NCBI RefSeq assembly: GCF_009914755.1
Contig: NC_060937.1
Reading direction: 5' to 3' (one strand)
Source: the human T2T-CHM13v2.0 reference genome, Homo sapiens
Length of the DNA stretch: 64,000 nucleotides
The position numbers and the translations under genes are program-made. Under the pieces are notes generated by a model that did not search any database, was not told where the DNA came from, and worked only from the letters and a program-made list of their open reading frames with translations. Positions within the stretch are counted from its first letter, which is position 1; the number at the start of each line of letters is the position of its first letter. Of this stretch, positions 57,460 through 64,000 are shown piece by piece.

Positions 57460-58330
57460 AATTAACATTCTAGCTTCAAGTGATATTATATCACTTTGTA
57501 TATGGTGTAAGAATCTTACAAAAGCATATTTCTATGTCTCTCCTGGCATTTGTGCTATTGTTATTAGATATTTTACTTCTAGATATATTATGAATCTATA
57601 CTACATTGTTATTGATTGTCAACACTCAGTTTTCTTTTAAATAAATTTAAATAAGAAAAAGTCTTTTGAGTTACTCATTTAATTGCCATTTTTAATATTC
57701 TTTATTTCTTTGTGCAGATCCTCATTTTAATCTGGTATCCTTTTTCTTCTGCCTGAAGGACTTCTTTTAACATTTATTGTAGTGGAGGTTTGCTGGTTGT
57801 GAATTCTTTTGGTTTTTGTTCACCTATACTTTTGATAAATATTTTTGCTTTGTTCAGAATCCAAGCTGGCATTTTTTTTTCTTTAAATATTTAAAGATGC
57901 TGTTTTAGTAATTTCTAGCTTGAATGGTTTCTAGTGGAAAAATCTACTGTTCTTATCTTTGGGTCTTTGTACATAATGTGTCGGTTTTCTCTGGCCGCCT
58001 TAAAGATGTTCTCTTTTTCATGGGTTTTGAACAGTTTGTTTACAATATGCCTTGATGTTGTTTTCTTCATGTTTTTGTGCTTGAAGTTTGTTGAGATTTT
58101 TGGATCTGTTTTATATGGTTTTCATCAAATTTAGGGTGTTTTGCCCATTGTTTCTTGAAATATTTTCAGTCCTAATTCTTCCTCTTCAGGGACTCCAATT
58201 ACACATATATTAGGCCTCTTGGAGTTGCCCTACAGCTCCTGTTCAAAGTGTTACTCTGTTCATTTCTTTGAGTATTTCTTCTGGTTTTCATTGTGAATAG
58301 TTTCTCTTGCTATGTCTTCACTACTTTCTG
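57460..58330 (-). mobile_element. Old L1M fragment
   Basis: T-rich diverged L1 text (ttcctcttcagggactccaattacacatatattaggcc). Confidence 0.55.
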
Positions 58331-58344
58331 TTTCCCTTTCTTTT

Positions 58345-58830
58345 TCTTAAAATAACATTTATTTACTAACTCACAATTCTGTGTGTTAGACATCCAGATG
58401 TGGCTTAACTTGAATTCTCTGCTCAAATTATCACAAGGCTGATATGAAGATATCAGCCAGGCTGAGTTCTTGACTGGAGGCTCTGGAGAAATATTTGCTT
58501 TTAAAGTCATTTAGGTTGTTGGTAGAGTCTATCTCATGTGCTTGTGGTACTAGAGTCCTTGTTTCCTTGCTGGCTATCAGTCAGGGACCACCTTCAGCTC
58601 ATAGGGCCACCCACATTCCTTGCCATGTGTCCCCCTTTATCTTCAAAGCAGTAATGGTGTGTTGAATCCTTCTCAGACTTCAAATCTCTGACATGCTCCT
58701 CTATGACCAGCTGGAGAAAACTCTGCTTTTAATAAACTTACTTTATTAGGCCAGGCTCTCCCAAGATAATCTTCCTCTTAATACGTAATATAAGATAGTC
58801 ATGAGAATGGTATCTCATGATGTTCCTGGT
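58345..58830 (-). mobile_element. MLT1-family LTR fragment
   Basis: caaggctgatatgaagatatcagccaggctg...tggaggctctggagaaat...caggctctcccaagataatc. Confidence 0.6.
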
Positions 58831-58841
58831 TGTTATGCAGT

Positions 58842-59166
58842 TGTTTTAGTCTGCTTTGGCTGCTATAACAAATACCATAGATTGGGTGAGGCTGAGAAAT
58901 CCAAGATCAAGGTGCTGGCTGATTTGGCTTCTGGTGAGGGCCCTCTTCTTTGTTTGCAGATGGATGCATTTTTGCCATAGCCTTACATGGGGGAGAGATA
59001 GATTATTGCTGTCTTATTTCCTCTAAGAGCACTAATCCCATTCATGAGGGCCCCACTCTCAGGACCTAATCACCTCTCAAAGGCCCCACTTACAGATGTC
59101 ATCCCATTGGGAATTAGGGCTTCCATATATAAATCTTGAGAGGACACAAACATTCAGTTCATAGCA
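58842..59166 (-). mobile_element. MLT1A/MSTD-like MaLR LTR
   Basis: tgttttagtctgctttggctgctataacaaataccatag...acacaaacattcagttcatagca. Confidence 0.75.
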
Positions 59167-59761
59167 GCAGGGTATGTACATGAAGGGGCAATCATTGAGG
59201 GCAAGTGTAGGGTCTTGCCACCACAGGTGGAGGTGGATTTCAAGTCCTAAAGAATGGCAACCTGGAAATGCTACATAACCATGGTGGAGAGATCTGGGAG
59301 GGACAGTTTTGCTTTTTCCAAGATCTTCATTTCTTTTTGATGATGATGCTTCTTTTTTCAGATTACTGAATATCAAAGAAAATCAACTGAAATGGTTAGT
59401 GCCTCCATCGGGCCTTTGGGCCTTCAAATGACATCTGGCCTAGGAGAGAAGCTTTCTGGGTGGCTCATTTAAGGAGGATTTCTCTCCCCTCCTGGGCTGT
59501 AAATTGAATCATGGCAGGAACTATATTTTCTGTAATCTTTCCCATCCCCAAAACAAAACAAGCCATAACAGCAAACATCCCCTGACACATTTTTTTATAT
59601 TTCTGACACATGTTTCTCCCCATCTGGACACCCAGGCTTGAGAAAGAATTGTTTATGTTCCCCATCCCAGTCCCCGTGCTTACAAATGACTCTACCTGCT
59701 GCCATCTAGACACCCCACTATTCTACTACAAAGGCCACTACTGATTTCTTGGTTAGTAAGT

Positions 59762-60065
59762 ATTTTTTTTTTTTTTTTGAGCCAGGGTCTTGCTCTGTCA
59801 CCCAGGCTGGAGTGCAGTGCGTGATGTCAGCTCACTTCAGCCTCGACCTCCCAGGCTTGAGCAATCCTCTCACCTCAGCCTTCCAAGCAGCTGGGACTAT
59901 AGGCGTGTACCACCGTACCTGGCTAATTTTGTTTATTTTTTTGTAGAGATGAGGTCTCTGTATGTTGCCCAGGCTGGTCTCGAACTCCTGAGCTCAAGCT
60001 GTTATCCTGCCTTGGCCTCTCAAAGCGTTGGGATCACAGGCATGAATGAGCTGCTGTGTCTGGCC
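59762..60065 (-). mobile_element. Alu (AluJ-like)
   Basis: Poly-T then gagccagggtcttgctctgtcacccaggctgg...ctcctgagctcaagc; approximate TSD tt(g/a)gttagt. Confidence 0.88.
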
Positions 60066-60297
60066 TTAGTTAGTCTTAACAGTTATGTTCTGTTCCTTAT
60101 CTTAGCACTGGCATTTGACATTATTGATTACTCCTTTCTTTCTGAAACTTGTTCCTTCGTTTGCTTCTTTGAACAAACCCATCTGCCTGTTCTCTTTTTG
60201 CCTGCATGTGCAAGTGTTGATTCTTAGTTGCCTTCACTAGAAACCCTTCCCCTGCATTTTCTAAATCTTGCCAGCTGATACTGGCAGAAAATAGACT

Positions 60298-60792
60298 TGT
60301 GGGATATGGTGAGGTTTCTCTTCAAATAACTGGATCAATCTTTTATTCTTTGATTCATAGTACCCCCTCCCCCACCTCCTTTTGTCCTTTTCCCTTTTTG
60401 CCTTTGTTAGATGCCTAGGCACGCCGCAGTACCAGGCATTATCAGTACCAGCTCACATTCCTTTCCTTATTTGGAAAGAGGACTAACTTTCTACAGACAC
60501 CCCTTCCCCTTTCCTCTCCACTTTCTTTTACGTGCCCACCTTATCTAAAAAAATCAAATGTTTAGCCAACTGGGATTAGTTTAGATTGTATGACCTGACC
60601 CCAGCCAATGGGGAAAGGGTACAGAGGCAGGACTTGCGTCAGGAATAAAGGCTCTCGTGCCCCCTTGTTCAGGTGTGCTCTCACGGTGACTGGCCAAGGA
60701 GGCACCCCTCTGCGCAGAAGTAAAATTGCTTTGTTAAGAATCCTTTGTTTGAGTGTTCAATTTCCTTAGGATTTTGAGCATCATTCGTAACA
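60298..60792 (+). mobile_element. ERV1 solo LTR (LTR10A-like)
   Basis: TG...CA ends (tgtgggatatggtgaggtttctcttcaaat ... cattcgtaaca). 4-bp TSD gact (60294-60297 / 60793-60796). CCAAT and AATAAA motifs inside. Confidence 0.8.
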
Positions 60793-61158
60793 GACTGAAC
60801 TGAGTTAAATCCTGATTTGGTGAATGTTGTGTAACCTTGCAGAAATTATACAACTTCTCTCTCAGTTTCTTCTTCTGTGAAATGGAAGTTTTACCCATGC
60901 TGCAGGGTTATGGTGAAAGTGAGTGATGATGCATGTAAAGCACCAACACATCAGAGCTCTCAGTCTTCTATAGCTCCAGCCTTCGTGATAGCAGAGACCA
61001 TATTTTAAAGATAGGACATTCTGATGCAGCTGTTTTGATGCCGGCATTTTGATAAAATGCCAGCCAAATATCCCCATGTCTAAATTGGCCTATCAAAATA
61101 TCCTTATTGAGTGTTTTTTATTAGTTGAGCTATAGTTCACATACCATAAAATTTACTC

Positions 61159-61455
61159 TTTTTTTTTTTTTTTTCTGAGACAGAGTCTTGCTGTGTCGCT
61201 CAGGCTGGAGTGCAGTGGCGCAATCTCGGCTCACTGCAAGCTCTGCCTCCCGGGTTCATGCCATTCTCCTGCCTCAGCCTCCTGAGTAGCTGGAACTACA
61301 GGCACCCGCCACCTCGCCTGGCTAATTTTTTGTGTTTTTAGTAGAGATGGGATTTCACTGTGTTAGCCAGGATGGTCTCGATCTCCTGACGTGATGCGCC
61401 CACCTTGGCCTCCCAAAGTGCTGGGATTACAGGCGTGAGCCACCACGCCTGGCCA
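61159..61455 (-). mobile_element. Alu (AluY-like) inserted in an L1M fragment (about 61115-61760)
   Basis: Full Alu in reverse; degenerate TSD aattt(a/g)c(t/c)cttt; flanks are L1M 3'UTR. Confidence 0.9.
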
Positions 61456-62125
61456 GAATTTGCCCTTTCAAAGTGTACATTTCAGTGATCCCTGGCAACC
61501 ACTAGTCTTTTTTTGTTTTATGGACTTAAACTCTGGAAGTTTCATATAAATGGAATCATATGCTTTAAGCCTTTTTGTGTCTCTTTCACTTAGTATGTTT
61601 TTAACGTTCATCTATGAATCAGTATTTTATTTCTTTTGATGGCTGAATAATATTCTATTGTATGGATTTAAAACAATTTGTTTATCCATACATTAGTTGG
61701 TGGACATTTTGGTTGTTTCACTTTTTGCCTACTATCATTAATGCTGCTATGAAAATTTGTGTCACTAATCTTTTCTTATGCAGTATCTAATCTACTCTTC
61801 ATCCTTTCAGTGTATTTTTCATCTCAAACATTGACATTTTTTTCTCTACAGTTCTTATTTAGGTCCTTTTTATGTTCCTTGTCTTACTTGACATGTTAAG
61901 TTATTCCTCTAGCTTCTTAAACATATGAAATATAATACCTGTTTAACTGTCCCTGTGTAGTAATTCTATCAACTGTGTCATTTCTTGGTCAGTTTCAATT
62001 GATTGCATCTTCTCATTATGGGTTGTATAACCCTGCTTGTTTGCATCCCAGAGGATGTTTTTTTAGATGACAGGCATTGTGAATTTTTCCTTTATGAGTA
62101 TTGGATGTATTTGTATTGCCATGTA

Positions 62126-62558
62126 ATTTTTTGAGATAGGGTCTCACTCTCTTGCCCGTCACTGCAGTGGCAAGATAATGGCTCACTGCAGCCTCAACTT
62201 CCCTGGCTCAAACGATCCTCCCACATCAGTCTCCCAAGTAACTAGGACTATAGGCATGTACCACCACCCTTGGCTAATTTTTTTAGGTTTTTGTAGAGAC
62301 AAGGTCTTACTGTATTGCCCAGGCTGATCTCAAACCCCTGGGCTCAAGCAGTCCTCTTGCCTCAGCCTTCCAAAGTTCTGGGATTACAGGCACACACCCC
62401 TGCACACAGCTAATTTTTGTATTTTTTATAGTGGTGGGGTCTTGCTGTGTTGCTCAGACTGTCTTGCTGTGATGCTGTAAATCCTGGGCTCAAGCATTCC
62501 ACGTGCCTCAGCCTCCCAAAGTGCTGGGATTACAGGCATGAGCCACCATGCTTAGCCC
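62126..62558 (-). mobile_element. Composite AluJ-like element (one dimer plus an extra left arm)
   Basis: Three Alu arms in tandem, with two copies of cctgggctcaagc...cccaaagt..tgggattacaggc. Confidence 0.75.
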
Positions 62559-64000
62559 CCATAGTATTCTTGAGCTTTTTTCTGGAGTAAAGTTATATCA
62601 CTGGGGAAGAGTCTGATCATTCTGGGTTTTGCTTTTCAGCCTTATTAGGCGTGTACTGATCAGCAATTCTTTCAAAAACATGTACTGTCTGACCCGTTAA
62701 GAAAAAGAGTGTTGACCCTCTCTTTGCATATTGTCAGGTTACTATTCAGAATGGTGCCATTTAGGCTGAAAAAGCAAATGGCAGATTTTGCAACTCTTTG
62801 GCCAGTGAGAGTCTAAGTATGGAAGACAAGGTGAATTTAAATGTTATTAATGGATTCTTCTGAAATCTATTCACAAGGACATCCTTTTGTTTGCTTGCTA
62901 TTTTTATGAAGAGCTGTCCCATCATAAGGCATTGGGGACCATGCTGGAGTACTAGTGCCAGGGAGGCTCCCATGAGGCCCTTAGGATAGCGGGGGGCTGT
63001 AGAGCTTAGGGAGGCTGAAGTTTACCCATCTCTGACAGGCTGGCAGGATCACAGCTGTGGAGCTGTCAGTCATATGCCAAACATCATCTGGACAAACTCA
63101 GCCCTTTGGCTGAGAGGTTTAGCAATGAAGCTAGAGACTGACCATTAAAGGAATGTCGAGGACTGTTCTCCTCTCTCGTTCCAAAACCCCTTAAGGTTTT
63201 CTCTTGAGATGATTTTAAGAGAGTGGACCTAAGAAGTCTGTCAAATGCAGAAAACACCTAAAGAGGATGCCTTCAGCTGTGGGTCTCAGGACAGATCAGT
63301 GGAGCCCACAGAGCAGGAGGCTCGCCCTGCAGGCCAGGACTGGGAATCCCACGTTAGAGCAATGGGGCCGAGTAGATGCACAGGAGGCAGGAGTATCCAC
63401 AGCCCTTGTGCTCCCTACCACAGAGCAGCAGGGAGGCAGCAGAATGACATAACCTGCATCTTTACAATAGTCAACCAGTGAGTGTGGTGTCAAGAGACTC
63501 TAAAATACAAGCAGCTCCGCAGCTGCCAACTTCATTTGTCTGGAGATAAGCCCAGGTTGAAAAAGAGCCTGCGCCCCTCACACATACCTCAGGTCCTAAG
63601 GAGCTTCCCTGTGAGTAGCGAGATTTCCCGCCAACATGGAACCCGGCTCTAGCCCTTCCTGCATGAACCTCATGCAAACAGCTGGACAGGAAGAACTGCC
63701 CTCTGAGAAGATGAGTAAGGGTCAGAGTCTCCACCTCCCTATTCCCCTTTCTCTCCTTACCTACACACAACTGCTAGGCCCCAGATTCAAGAGCCTGGGT
63801 CCCTAGGAAACCCAAAAAGTGTTTTCTTTTTCTGTTTCTCTCCTTTTCTCTTATATACTTTTATTACCATAAAATGTTAGGGAACTAGATACCCAATCAG
63901 TTTTACCTGTTATGGTCAAAATGAAGTACAGAGACTGGAACTCCCCCTTATGCAAGTCCTGGGGCCTGCATGGACTCATTTCAACAGAGACATTTAAGAA

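Overview
This window is primate, most likely human, genomic DNA from inside the MTUS2 gene (TIP150/CAZIP, a microtubule plus-end scaffold), transcribed on the + strand. It holds two coding exons: a 2447-bp start-codon exon (38078-40524) and a 241-bp exon (47520-47760). The rest is intron, dense in transposable elements: an ERV9/LTR12 solo LTR, an LTR10-like solo LTR, three large antisense L1s, about 13 Alus, MaLR/MLT LTRs, L2, MIR and DNA-transposon fossils. No prokaryotic features, rRNA, tRNA or CRISPR arrays were seen. The most unusual element is a CpG-rich, disrupted POM121-like (POM121L2-type) gene fragment antisense to MTUS2 (about 52541-53160). It has CRE-like motifs upstream of its ATG and is fused directly to the 5'UTR of an L1 that lacks its 3' half. 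Other notable items are a sense-oriented LTR12 promoter with 8 CCAAT boxes, overlapping hairpins at an L1PB 5' junction, inverted Alus around the large exon (circRNA/editing potential), uORFs, and a perfect 17-bp inverted repeat. Gene and repeat names come from recalled sequences, not database searches; repeat boundaries are approximate unless a target-site duplication (TSD) is quoted.
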